Source: an uncultured Chloroflexia bacterium (GTDB lineage: Bacteria; Chloroflexota; Limnocylindria; Limnocylindrales; CSP1-4). Taken from it: a stretch of DNA of 64,000 nucleotides. Where the stretch lies: NCBI GenBank assembly GCA_963707215.1, contig CAVPPB010000003.1, forward strand, positions 928,001-992,000. The letters run 5' to 3'. The translations under genes were made by a program, and so were the position numbers. Below, piece after piece: positions 9,549 through 18,899 of this stretch (position 1 is its first letter; the number at the start of each line of letters is the position of its first letter). The notes under the pieces are model-generated. The model was not told the origin of the DNA, did not search any database, and saw nothing but the letters and a program-made list of their open reading frames with translations.

Positions 9549-10436
9549 TCAATGCGTCGCCAGCTCAGGGCCCAGGTCGGCCACGAAGCGCCGGATGACC
9601 TGCGCGAGCCGGGGCCCTGCCTCTGCGCCGGCCGCGAGGACCTCCTCGTGACTGAGCGGCGCGCCCGTGTACCCGGCGGCCGCGTTGGTGACGAGCGAGA
9701 CGCCGACGACCCGGACCCCGGCCCAGCGGAGGGCGATCGCTTCGAGGACCGTCGACATCCCGACCGCATCGGCTCCCAGCGTTCGGAGCATCCGGATCTC
9801 GGCCGGGGTCTCGTAGGACGGTCCGACCAGTCCCACGTACACGCCTTCCCTGAGCTTCACGCCCTCGGTCTCGCCGGCGGCGCGCATGCGTTCGCGCAGG
9901 CGATCGTCGTAGACCTCCGAGAGATCGGGGAAGCGAGGTCCGATCGTGTCCGCGTTGGGGCCCAGCAGCGGGGTCCGGCCGGTCAGGTTCAGGTGATCGC
10001 TGATCACCATGATCGTTCCAGGTCGCAGGAGCGGATTGATGCCGCCGGCCGCATTCGTCAGGACGACCGCCCCGGCCCCCAGCCGGGCCATGAGGAGCAC
10101 CGGCTGGACCACCAGACCCGGATCGTTGCCCTCGTAGAGGTGCAGGCGGCCCTGGAGCATGACGACCGGGACGCCCGCCAGGCGTCCGAGGAGGACCTGC
10201 CCGACATGTCCCGGGGCCGTCGCGGCCGGCCATCCCGGCAGGTCGTCGAAGGAGATGGCGACGGGGTCCGCCAGGTCGTCGGCGAGCCCACCAAGGCCCG
10301 AGCCGAGGACGATGCCGACCTCGGGTCGGAGGTCGGTCCGGGCCCGGACGGCTCGCTCGAGCGCGTCGAGCTGCTCGGGCAGCTCCGATGGCGGGACGTG
10401 GCGCGACGGGTCCAGGGGCTGGGGCTCGGCGGGCAT
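9549..10436 (-). CDS. punA: Purine-nucleoside phosphorylase (trimeric PNP family)
   Basis: IVLGSGLG, GRLHLYEG, TNAAGG, GPSYETPAE, DAVGMST, SHEEV. GGAGG RBS before ATG 10436. Confidence 0.92.
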   Translation of the reverse strand: MPAEPQPLDPSRHVPPSELPEQLDALERAVRARTDLRPEVGIVLGSGLGGLADDLADPVAISFDDLPGWPAATAPGHVGQVLLGRLAGVPVVMLQGRLHLYEGNDPGLVVQPVLLMARLGAGAVVLTNAAGGINPLLRPGTIMVISDHLNLTGRTPLLGPNADTIGPRFPDLSEVYDDRLRERMRAAGETEGVKLREGVYVGLVGPSYETPAEIRMLRTLGADAVGMSTVLEAIALRWAGVRVVGVSLVTNAAAGYTGAPLSHEEVLAAGAEAGPRLAQVIRRFVADLGPELATH

Positions 10437-10584
10437 GCGGAACCTCCGGTGTACCGGTCGGGAAGGCGGGCGGTCCCGCGGCTTCGCCCGCTCGACGGGA
10501 GTACCGACACCGGGATGCCGGTCGCGTCCCGTCGAGCGAGGCCCCGCGGGCGAGCCTCGCGGCCGCCCGGGCGGGCAAGGAAGC

Positions 10585-10741
10585 GCCCGAAGGAACCTTC
10601 GGTCACGGAGACCATTGATGTGATCGCAGGCCGTTCCGATATCCGCGACGCGCTTGAGGCGATCTCCTGCGTCCCGGGTCCCACGTCCCTTCCCTTGATG
10701 TGATCTCGGGTCGGTCCGGGTGTCCGCTGGCCCCTTCGGGC
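10585..10741 (-). ncRNA. Candidate structured non-coding RNA or long 5' leader
   Basis: Ends are complementary (GCCCGAAGG 10585-10593 / CCTTCGGGC 10733-10741), with an inner stem 10606-10613 / 10719-10726 and a duplicated 11-mer. A plausible minus-strand promoter lies just upstream. No known family recognised. Confidence 0.35.
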
Positions 10742-10783
10742 AAGACCTACAGTAGTCGGCCGGCCACCATCGACACAACACGG

Positions 10784-10857
10784 TTATCCACGAACTTCCG
10801 GGAATTGCGGGCCGACTGTCCACGGATGCGGGGCCGATGTGGACGGGCGGTGGATAA
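10784..10857. promoter_or_regulatory. Cluster of four DnaA-box-like motifs
   Basis: TTATCCACG (10784), CTGTCCACG (10816), TGTGGACGG (10838) and GGTGGATAA (10849) versus consensus TTATCCACA. Confidence 0.4.
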
Positions 10858-10899
10858 CGGCCGGCCGCCCTGCGCCTGGGCCGAGCCTGCCGAGCGGGC

Positions 10900-11994
10900 T
10901 CAGCCGCCGATGGCGTACATCTCCACCTTGGGCAGCGACGCCGTCGCCTCCGTCCTGAGGTCGGAGTAGCGGTCGTCACGAGCACGCCAGGCGGCCGCCA
11001 GGAAGGCCAGCAGCTCGTCGTCGGTGGCCCCGGCACGGATCCGGCCACGGATGTCGCGACCGCGGGTCGCGAACAGGCAGGTGAAGAGCTGGCCGTCGGC
11101 GGACAGGCGGGCCCGGGTGCAGTCGCCGCAGAACGGCTCGCTGACCGAGGTGATGACGCCGATCTCGTCCGAGCCGTCGGCGTACCGCCAGCGGTTCGCA
11201 ACCTCGCCCCGGTACGACGACGGCAGGGCCTCGAGCGGCAGCTCGGCCGCGATCCGGGCAACGATCTCCGCGCCGGTGACCACGTCGTCGAGACGCCAGC
11301 CGTTGGAGTTGCCGACGTCCATGTACTCGATGAAGCGCAACACGAGGCCTTCGTCGCGAGCCCAGCGGGCCATCGGCAGGATGCCGTCGTCGTTCACGCC
11401 CCGCTTCACGACCATGTTCACCTTGACGGGGGCGAGGCCTTCCTGCCGGGCGGCGGCGATCCCATCGAGCACCCGCTTCACCGGGAAGTCGACGCCGTTC
11501 ATCGCCCGGAAGGTGGCGTCGTCGAGCGAGTCGAGGCTGACCGTCACCCGGCGGAGACCGGCGTCCGCCAGCGGGCGGGCCAGGGCCCGGAGGCCGGCGC
11601 CGTTGGTGGTGAGGGTGAGATCGAGCGGCGACCCGTCCGACGTCCGGAGGACCGCGAGCTGGGCGATGAGCTCCGGCAGATCGCGGCGCACGAGCGGCTC
11701 ACCTCCGGTGATGCGGAGCTTCTCGACCCCGAGCTCGGTGAACAGTCGGGCGACCCGGGCCAGCTCCTCGAAGGTCAGGATCTCGGCTCGCGGCAGGAAC
11801 GGGAAGTCGCGGCCGTAGACCTCGCGGGGCATGCAGTAGACGCATCGGAAGTTGCAGCGATCGGTCACCGAGAGGCGGAGGTCCCGGATCGGCCGATCGA
11901 GACGGTCGCGCGGCAGCTCGCCCGGGACGACGGCTCGCTCGTCGAGCCCGTTGTCCCCGGAGGCCGGAGGGGTCGGCAGAACGGGCAGCTCCAT
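10900..11994 (-). CDS. moaA: GTP 3',8-cyclase
   Basis: LRLSVTDRCNFRCVYC radical SAM motif, TGGEPL, FCGDCTRARL...FTC, C-terminal IGG. Confidence 0.96.
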   Translation of the reverse strand: MELPVLPTPPASGDNGLDERAVVPGELPRDRLDRPIRDLRLSVTDRCNFRCVYCMPREVYGRDFPFLPRAEILTFEELARVARLFTELGVEKLRITGGEPLVRRDLPELIAQLAVLRTSDGSPLDLTLTTNGAGLRALARPLADAGLRRVTVSLDSLDDATFRAMNGVDFPVKRVLDGIAAARQEGLAPVKVNMVVKRGVNDDGILPMARWARDEGLVLRFIEYMDVGNSNGWRLDDVVTGAEIVARIAAELPLEALPSSYRGEVANRWRYADGSDEIGVITSVSEPFCGDCTRARLSADGQLFTCLFATRGRDIRGRIRAGATDDELLAFLAAAWRARDDRYSDLRTEATASLPKVEMYAIGG

Positions 11995-12161
11995 GGCGGC
12001 ATGGTAGCGCGGACCCGCCGCGACCCCACCGCTCCGGTCTGCGGTACCTCCGGTCCGCCGCACTGGTACCACCGGACGACTGCACCGCACCGGACCCCCA
12101 CCTAGCATGCGGAAAGGTCCCGGGGGACCGTTCAGAGACATCGCGCAGAGGGATACCCCAG

Positions 12162-13646
12162 ATGGCGACGACCGAGACGCGCTCCGGATTCCGGCTCCCG
12201 TGGACCGGCGGGGACGACGCCCACCACGACGATCAGCTCGGCGCCCCGAACGCGCGGACCGTCGAGCCCCAGGCGACCCCGGACATCGAGCCGGCGGTCG
12301 TGACCACGACCGAGGACCATGTCGAGCAGCAGCCTGTGGCCGAGGCCCCGGTCGACACCGGCGGAGCGCCGGAGCCGGTAGCCGAGGCGCCCGGCGGCCG
12401 AGCCGCCGGCCGTGCCCGAGCCGATCGCCATCCAGATCCCGATCCGCCGACGACCTCGCAGGCGCCCGAGAGCCCCCGGCCCAAGGAGTTCCTGGCCGGC
12501 CTGACCCGGGCGATGCGGACCGCCGCCGAGGCCGAGCGGGAGCAGATCCTCGCCCGCTTCGAGGAGGACGCCCGCGCCTACATGTCGTCCATCCGCGAGC
12601 ACTCGGCCGACCAGGCCGACGCCCTCCGGCAGCGGGCGGACGACGACATCGAGGGGATCCACTCCTGGTCCGAGCGTGAGCTGGCCCGGATCCGAGAGGA
12701 GACCGAGCGACGCATCGAGCGGCGGCGGACGCGGCTCGACGAAGAGCTCGAAGGCAACACCGCCGAGACCGACCAGCGGGTCGAGCGGGTCGAGGCGACG
12801 ATCGGCAGCTTCGGCGACCAGATGGCACACTTCTTCGAGGGCCTTCTGGCCGAGGAGGACCCGGCCCGCTTCGCCGCCCTGGCGGCCAGCCTGCCGGTTC
12901 CCCCGTCGCTCGAGGCCGAGGCGACCCGGACCGATCCGGTCCCGGCTCCCGCCCCGGAGCCGACGGTGGTCGCCGACCCGGGCGGCCCCGCCGCGGCGAG
13001 TGACGTCACCGCTCCGGCTCCGACCGACGCGGCCGCCACGGATCCCTGGCGCGACATGCCGATGAGCGCCCCGCAGGCCGAGTCGGCTGATGAGAGCGAC
13101 GAGGCAGCTGCCGAGGCGGTCGAGGCCGCCCTTGAGCAGACCGATGACGACAGCACCCCGACGGACGCCGCGCCGGTCGATCCCCGGGTCGCCATGCTCG
13201 GTCTCACCCCGGACTTCGCCGCGGCCGAGGCCGAGGCGGCCGAGGCGGCCGAGGCCGAGCCCGGCCACGACGCGACCGAGGCCGAGCCCGGCCACGACGA
13301 GACCGCGGTCCCGGCGATGGACGGCGAGAACGTCGCGGCACGACTGGCCGGCCTGACCGGCCCGAGCGACGACGAGGGCGGGGCGACGACTCGCCTGGTC
13401 GTCGTGGGCCTGGTGAGCGTGGCCAGCATCGCCGGCTTCAAGCGCCAGCTCGGCCGGGTTCCGGGCGTCGCCAAGGTCGGCGTCTCGTCCGGGCCGGACG
13501 GCGAGTTCGTGTTCACCGTCGCCCATACGGAGGGGCTCGACCTTCGCGATCCCATCACGACCCTGCCCGGCTACGGTGCCCGCGTCGTCGGGACGGACGG
13601 CGACGACCTTCGCGTGGAGTGCACGGACCCCGAGTCCAACGGCTGA
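12162..13646 (+). CDS. Hypothetical protein: coiled coil, acidic Ala/Pro-rich linker and small C-terminal alpha/beta domain
   Basis: E/R-rich helical region at about aa 110-240, then low-complexity linker and a compact C-terminal domain (TRLVVVGLVSVASIAGFKRQL...). Typical GC3-rich codon usage. Confidence 0.75.
   Translation: MATTETRSGFRLPWTGGDDAHHDDQLGAPNARTVEPQATPDIEPAVVTTTEDHVEQQPVAEAPVDTGGAPEPVAEAPGGRAAGRARADRHPDPDPPTTSQAPESPRPKEFLAGLTRAMRTAAEAEREQILARFEEDARAYMSSIREHSADQADALRQRADDDIEGIHSWSERELARIREETERRIERRRTRLDEELEGNTAETDQRVERVEATIGSFGDQMAHFFEGLLAEEDPARFAALAASLPVPPSLEAEATRTDPVPAPAPEPTVVADPGGPAAASDVTAPAPTDAAATDPWRDMPMSAPQAESADESDEAAAEAVEAALEQTDDDSTPTDAAPVDPRVAMLGLTPDFAAAEAEAAEAAEAEPGHDATEAEPGHDETAVPAMDGENVAARLAGLTGPSDDEGGATTRLVVVGLVSVASIAGFKRQLGRVPGVAKVGVSSGPDGEFVFTVAHTEGLDLRDPITTLPGYGARVVGTDGDDLRVECTDPESNG
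13249..13302 (+). repeat. Two tandem 27 bp in-frame repeats (EAEPGHD.T)
   Basis: CCGAGGCCGAGCCCGGCCACGACG(C/A)GA x2. Confidence 0.85.
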
Positions 13647-13659
13647 CGGAACGCGACGG

Positions 13660-14901
13660 ATGCCACGCCCCACCATCGCCATCGCTCTGCCGGTCGCCGA
13701 GGCGGCCGCCGTCTCGGCCGAGCTTGCCGAGGCCGGCTTCGAACCCGTCGCGGTCGAGGACGCGACCCAACTGGCAGGGCTGCTCGCGGAGCGCCGGTCC
13801 GTAGCCGTCGCCATCCTCGACGGCGAGCAGGACCTCGACACGGCCCTGGAGCAGTACGGGGTCCTACAGGAGCGTCAGCCCCCGGTCCCCGCGCTGATGG
13901 TCGTGTCGCCCTCGAGCTTCGATCGACTGGCTGGGGCGGGCGGCGGCGGGGCCGACGACGAGTATCTCGTTCGGCCGTACTCGACCGAGGCGGTCCGCTG
14001 GCGGGTCGAGGCGATGTGCATCCGCTCGGCCACCGTCGACGACGGCAGCGGCGATGCCGTCCTGGCCGGCGGCCTCGGGGACGGCCTGGACTGGGCCAAC
14101 CTTGGGACGGTCCTGGTCGTCTTCAATCCGAAGGGCGGGGTCGGCAAGACCACGGTCGCGACCAACCTCGCGGCCGCCATCCAGGCCCGCGGCGACCAGC
14201 AGGTGCTCCTGGTGGATGCCGACACGGTGACCGGGCACATCCTCGTGTCCCTGGGGCTCGAGACAGCGCCGACGCTGGCCGACGCCTGGCGTGACGAGGC
14301 CGAGGGAGGTCCGACCCAGACGTTGACCGATCTCGCGGCGCCGCACACCAGCGGGATGCGGGTCATGGCCCTCACGGGCAGCCCCATCCACGTCGACGTC
14401 CTCGCGCCGGACCGCGTGGCCGCGACCATCGAGGCCGCCCGGCGCGCCTTCGACGTCGTCGTCGTCGACCTGCATCCCTCGTACAGCGCCCTCAATCGAG
14501 CGATCTTCCGGGCCGCCGACCGGGTCCTGGTCCCGGTGACCCCGGACGTCCCGGCCCTGCGGGCCACGGTCCAGTTCATCGACGTCTCCGAGGACCTCGG
14601 CATCCGCGACCGACTCACCGTGCTGGTGAACCGGGCCAATAGCGGGATCTCGGTCCCGGACGTCGAGAGCGCCCTCGGGTCGACCGTCTTCGCGCAGGTC
14701 CGTTCCGGCGGGATGGTCTTCGTGACGGCGGCCAACGAGGGTCGCACGGCGATCGACCGGTTCCCCAGGGAGAAGGTCACGGGCGACTTCCACGAGCTCG
14801 CCCGGAAGCTCTTCACCTCGGTGCCCCGCGAGGTCGGAGCGGCAAGCCCGGCCAAGGGCGGGCTGCGGCTCCTGGGCCGCAGGATCTCCGCTGGGACCTG
14901 A
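13660..14901 (+). CDS. CpaE/TadZ-like MinD/ParA family ATPase with degenerate receiver domain
   Basis: Receiver-like N-terminus (VAILD...GADDEYLVRP), deviant Walker A PKGGVGKTT, LLVDAD, VVVD, LVNR. Confidence 0.85.
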   Translation: MPRPTIAIALPVAEAAAVSAELAEAGFEPVAVEDATQLAGLLAERRSVAVAILDGEQDLDTALEQYGVLQERQPPVPALMVVSPSSFDRLAGAGGGGADDEYLVRPYSTEAVRWRVEAMCIRSATVDDGSGDAVLAGGLGDGLDWANLGTVLVVFNPKGGVGKTTVATNLAAAIQARGDQQVLLVDADTVTGHILVSLGLETAPTLADAWRDEAEGGPTQTLTDLAAPHTSGMRVMALTGSPIHVDVLAPDRVAATIEAARRAFDVVVVDLHPSYSALNRAIFRAADRVLVPVTPDVPALRATVQFIDVSEDLGIRDRLTVLVNRANSGISVPDVESALGSTVFAQVRSGGMVFVTAANEGRTAIDRFPREKVTGDFHELARKLFTSVPREVGAASPAKGGLRLLGRRISAGT

Positions 14902-14931
14902 TCCCGGCCGACCTGTGCCAGCGCGCGGCCC

Positions 14932-15582
14932 CTAGCGGCTGCGATCCCGCCAGCTCGTGCCGCCGAGCGGCTGTCCTGGTAGCGGCTGGACCCGCTGGCC
15001 CGTCCGTCGGTCGACCTGCTCGATCCCCCGCAGGTAGAAGCGGTTGACCAGGACGGTGTCGACGGAGTCGTCGGTCAGCCGCTCATCGCCGTAGAAGGCG
15101 ACGGCGTCCGTCGCAGCGATGAACATCTCCGTGGACCGATCGAGCAAACGCTCCGGCTCCGAGCCCGGGTAGAGGTAGACGGTCCCGACGACCCGGAAGG
15201 GCGGCGCCTCCAGGGCAAGGTCGTAGGCGATCTTGTGGACCTTGAAGGCCGCCTTCTCGGACTCGCTGAGGTCCGGCAGCGAATCGCCGCCCGTCATCAC
15301 CACGATGAGATCGTAGGGATCGACCGCCTCCAGGCCCGGCGCCGCTTCCAGCGGCCCGCGTCCGTCGGCCGATCCCCAGCTGACCCCCGAGATGGCGATG
15401 GGCTCGCGACGATTGAGGACGTCCGAGAGTCGACCCTCGATGTGCATCGTCCCGACCAGGTGCCACTCCTCCGTCAGGCCGTCGAACGGGACCGGGCGAC
15501 CGGGCAGCTCGCGGGCGTGCGGGACGGCCGGGACCTCGACGGCCTCGGTCTTCGGCTTCCGCTTGAACGGGTTGAAGGGCAC
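14932..15582 (-). CDS. Hypothetical protein with internal duplication (DUF6812-like)
   Basis: Two related halves: LVGTMHIEGRLSDVLNRREPIAI and VVGTVYLYPGSEPERLLDRSTEMFIAATDA. Directly follows acs. Confidence 0.7.
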   Translation of the reverse strand: MPFNPFKRKPKTEAVEVPAVPHARELPGRPVPFDGLTEEWHLVGTMHIEGRLSDVLNRREPIAISGVSWGSADGRGPLEAAPGLEAVDPYDLIVVMTGGDSLPDLSESEKAAFKVHKIAYDLALEAPPFRVVGTVYLYPGSEPERLLDRSTEMFIAATDAVAFYGDERLTDDSVDTVLVNRFYLRGIEQVDRRTGQRVQPLPGQPLGGTSWRDRSR

Positions 15583-15586
15583 GCCC

Positions 15587-17557
15587 TCACTCCTCCTCGG
15601 CCGCGCCGGTCCGTTCGCGGATCGTGTCCACGACGGTCGCGTCGGCCAGGGTGGTCGTGTCGCCGAGCGTCCGTCCCTCGGCGATGTCGCGGAGCAGCCG
15701 CCGCATGATCTTGCCCGACCGGGTCTTGGGCAGGTCGGGCACGAACATCAGGTACTTGGGCCGGGCGATCGGGCCGATGACGTAGGCGACGTGCTCGCGG
15801 AGCTGGAGGGCGAGGGCATCGGTCGGCTCCTGGCCCGATTTGAGGATGACGTAGGCGAAGATGGCCTGTCCGGTGACCTCGTCGGTCCGGCCGACGACCG
15901 CTGCCTCGGCGACCGACCGATGGTCGACCAGCGCGGACTCGACCTCGGTGGTGCTGATCCGGTGCCCGGCGACGTTCATGACGTCGTCGACGCGCCCGAG
16001 CAGCCAGAAGTAGCCCTCCTCGTCGCGCTTGGCGCCGTCGCCGGCGAAGTACATCCCGGGGAAGCGGCTCCAGTACGTCTGCCGATAACGCTCCGGGTCA
16101 CCGTAGATGCCCCGCAGCATGCCCGGCCACGGTCGCTTGAGGACCAGGTACCCACCGCCACCGAAGGGAACGCTCCGCCCCTCGGCGTCGACGATGTCGG
16201 CTTCGATCCCCGGCAGAGGGAACGTCGCCGAGCCGGGCTTTGTGATCGTCACGCCGGGTAGCGGGCTGATGAGGATCTGCCCGGTCTCGGTCTGCCACCA
16301 CGTATCGACGACCGGAGCCCGCCCGCCACCGACGTGCTCGTGGTACCAGAGCCAGGCCTCCGGATTGATGGGCTCGCCGACCGATCCCAGCAGCCGGAGC
16401 GACGAGAGGTCGTGGGCGGCCGGGAACTGCGGGCCCTGCTTCATGAAGGCCCGGATGGCCGTCGGCGCGGTATACAGGATGGAGACCTTGTACTCCTCGA
16501 CGATCTCCCACCAGCGGTCCCAGGTCGGCGTGTCCGGCGAGCCCTCGTACAGGATCCCGGTCGACCCGTTGGCGAGCGGTCCGTAGACGATGTAGCTGTG
16601 GCCGGTGACCCAGCCGATGTCAGCCGCGCACCAGTAGACGTCGTCGGGCTTGAGGTCGAAGACCATCTCGTGGGTGAACGAGGCGCCCAGGAGGTAGCCG
16701 GCGGTCGTGTGGAGGATGCCCTTCGGCTTGGCCGTCGTCCCCGACGTGTAGAGGAGGTAGAGCATGTGTTCCGATTCCACCGGGACGGCCGGGCAGTCCG
16801 GGCGCTGGCGATCGACCAGCTCGTGCCACCAGTGGTCCCGGCGAGGCACCATGTGGACACCTTCGCCGAAGCGATCGACGACGAGGACGTGCTCGATCGT
16901 CGGCGTCCCGGTCACCGCCTCGTCAGCGTGCCGCTTCAGCCCGACCTTGTTCCCGCGTCGCCAGCCGCCGTCAGCGGTGATCAGGACCTTGGCCCCACAG
17001 TCGTTGATGCGGTCGGCCAGCGCTTCAGCCGAGAAGCCCCCGAAGACGACGGTATGGGGGGCGCCGATGCGGGCGCAGGCGAGCATCGCGATCGGCAGTT
17101 CAGGGATCATCGGCAGGTAGATGGCGACCCGGTCGCCCTTGCGGACACCCAGCTCCGACAGGGCGTTGGCGCACTTGCCGACCTCCGTGTGGAGCTCCGC
17201 GTAGGTCAGCGTCCGGGTATCGCCGGGCTCGCCGATCCAGTGGTAGGCGACCTTCTCGCCGAGGCCTCGCTCCAGGTGGCGGTCGAGACAGTTGTAGGCG
17301 ACGTTGAGCTCGCCCCCGTCGAACCAGCGAGCGAACGGCAGGTCCCACTCCAGCGTCGAGGAGAACGGCGTGAACCAGGAGATCCGCTCGCGCGCCTGGC
17401 GGGCCCAGAACGCCTCCGGGTCGCGGACCGCCTCGTCGTAGAGCTCCGGGCCAGCGTTCGCGGCGGCCGCGAACCCGGCGGGCGGGGCGAACGTCCGTCG
17501 CTCGGCGAGGAGGTTCTCGATCTCCGGCTGGGTCGGATCCTTCGGGTCGACGCTCAC
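15587..17557 (-). CDS. acs: Acetate--CoA ligase
   Basis: YTSGTTAKPKG, ADIGWVTGHSY, VDTWWQTETG, PKTRSGKIMRR. GGAGGAGG RBS before GTG 17557. Confidence 0.97.
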   Translation of the reverse strand: MSVDPKDPTQPEIENLLAERRTFAPPAGFAAAANAGPELYDEAVRDPEAFWARQARERISWFTPFSSTLEWDLPFARWFDGGELNVAYNCLDRHLERGLGEKVAYHWIGEPGDTRTLTYAELHTEVGKCANALSELGVRKGDRVAIYLPMIPELPIAMLACARIGAPHTVVFGGFSAEALADRINDCGAKVLITADGGWRRGNKVGLKRHADEAVTGTPTIEHVLVVDRFGEGVHMVPRRDHWWHELVDRQRPDCPAVPVESEHMLYLLYTSGTTAKPKGILHTTAGYLLGASFTHEMVFDLKPDDVYWCAADIGWVTGHSYIVYGPLANGSTGILYEGSPDTPTWDRWWEIVEEYKVSILYTAPTAIRAFMKQGPQFPAAHDLSSLRLLGSVGEPINPEAWLWYHEHVGGGRAPVVDTWWQTETGQILISPLPGVTITKPGSATFPLPGIEADIVDAEGRSVPFGGGGYLVLKRPWPGMLRGIYGDPERYRQTYWSRFPGMYFAGDGAKRDEEGYFWLLGRVDDVMNVAGHRISTTEVESALVDHRSVAEAAVVGRTDEVTGQAIFAYVILKSGQEPTDALALQLREHVAYVIGPIARPKYLMFVPDLPKTRSGKIMRRLLRDIAEGRTLGDTTTLADATVVDTIRERTGAAEEE

Positions 17558-17651
17558 GGGTCCTCCTCCCTGGGAACGGCGGTGTCGAACGGCCGCGATC
17601 CCAAGCATTCTACGGGTGACCGTTACCCCCGGACACCGCAGGGAGGACACG

Positions 17652-18899
17652 ATGGACGTGCCGGCTCGAACGACCATCCGCCTGGGCCGCTGGCTCGACC
17701 CGTCGGCCGGGGCGTGGCGGGAGCCGGCCGACCTCATCGTCGACGACGGGCGCATCACCGCCATCCTCCCGACGGGGGGCGGCAAGCCGGGCGACCTCGA
17801 CACGACGAGCCCGTCGCTCGACCTGTCCGGTCTTGTCGTCGTGCCCGGGCTCATCGACGTGCACACCCATCTCGTGGGCGGGACCGAGTGGGCCGGCGTG
17901 CCGGCCACGACGACGTCGGCGGCACAGGAGGCGATGCTGGGGGTCCGGAACGCCCGAACCACGCTGGAGGCCGGCTTCACGTCGGTCCGCGACGTCGGCA
18001 CGTACCGGGCCTTCGTCGACGTGGCGCTCCGCGACGCGATCGATGCCGGCGACGTGGTGGGGCCGCGGATGCAGTGCGCGGGCGCCTACATCACCAGCCC
18101 GGGCGGAGGTGGTGACGTCACCGGGCTGGCCCGCGACATCGCCCTCCCTGAGGATCTTCGCTTCGGGGTCGTCCGGGACGTCGCCGACGTCCGCGAGCGG
18201 GTCCGGGCGCTCGTCGCCGGTGGCGCCGACGTCATCAAGCTCATCGTCACCGGAGCCGTCCTGACCCGGGGCACCCGCCCCGGGGTCGTCGAGCTGAGCG
18301 AGGCCCAGGTCAGGACCGCCGTCGAGGAGGCCGCCGTCCTGGGCGTCCGGGTGGCCGCCCACGCCCATGGGGCCGAGGGCATCGTCGTGGCAGCCCGGGC
18401 CGGGGTCGCCTCGATCGAGCACGGATCGCTCATCGACGAGGCCGGCATCGAGGCGCTCCAGGCCAAGGGGACGTTCCTCGTCGCCGACGTCTACGACGGC
18501 GACTGGATCGCCGAGGAGGGCACGCGACAGGGCTGGCCCCAGGAGACCCTTCGCAAGAACGAGGAGACGACGCAGGCCCAGCGGGACGGCTTCCGGAGGG
18601 CTCTCGCGGCGGGGGTCCGGATGGCCTTCGGGACCGACAGCGGCGTCTATCCGCACGGCCGCAACGCGATCCAGCTCGGGATCATGACCGGTCTCGGGAT
18701 GGCCCCGCTCGATGCCCTCCGTTCCGCTACCACCTGGGCGGCGGAGCTGATGGGCCGGACCGACGTCGGCACGCTCGAGGTCGGGTGCTGGGCAGACCTG
18801 GTCGGAGTGGCCGGTGATCCTCTCGCCGACATCGGCGAGCTCGAGCGTCCCGTCGTCGTCGTCAAGGGGGGTCGGGTCGTCCGCGACGACCGCCGCTAG
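17652..18899 (+). CDS. Metal-dependent amidohydrolase (Xaa-Pro dipeptidase-like)
   Basis: PGLIDVHTH, GFTSVRD, DVIK, AAHAHG, IEHG, FGTD. GGAGG RBS. Confidence 0.9.
   Translation: MDVPARTTIRLGRWLDPSAGAWREPADLIVDDGRITAILPTGGGKPGDLDTTSPSLDLSGLVVVPGLIDVHTHLVGGTEWAGVPATTTSAAQEAMLGVRNARTTLEAGFTSVRDVGTYRAFVDVALRDAIDAGDVVGPRMQCAGAYITSPGGGGDVTGLARDIALPEDLRFGVVRDVADVRERVRALVAGGADVIKLIVTGAVLTRGTRPGVVELSEAQVRTAVEEAAVLGVRVAAHAHGAEGIVVAARAGVASIEHGSLIDEAGIEALQAKGTFLVADVYDGDWIAEEGTRQGWPQETLRKNEETTQAQRDGFRRALAAGVRMAFGTDSGVYPHGRNAIQLGIMTGLGMAPLDALRSATTWAAELMGRTDVGTLEVGCWADLVGVAGDPLADIGELERPVVVVKGGRVVRDDRR

Noticed and set aside
10561-10600. SRP RNA-like AAGGAAGC segment
   Set aside because: It lacks the CAGG...GNRA...AGCAG helix-8 arrangement.
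10058-10684. 208 aa minus-strand ORF across the moaA-punA gap
   Set aside because: It overlaps punA out of frame, has low-complexity R/S/P composition and shows no motifs.
10741-10880. Chromosomal origin oriC
   Set aside because: No dnaA/dnaN nearby, no AT-rich unwinding element, and only four imperfect boxes. Kept only as a box cluster.
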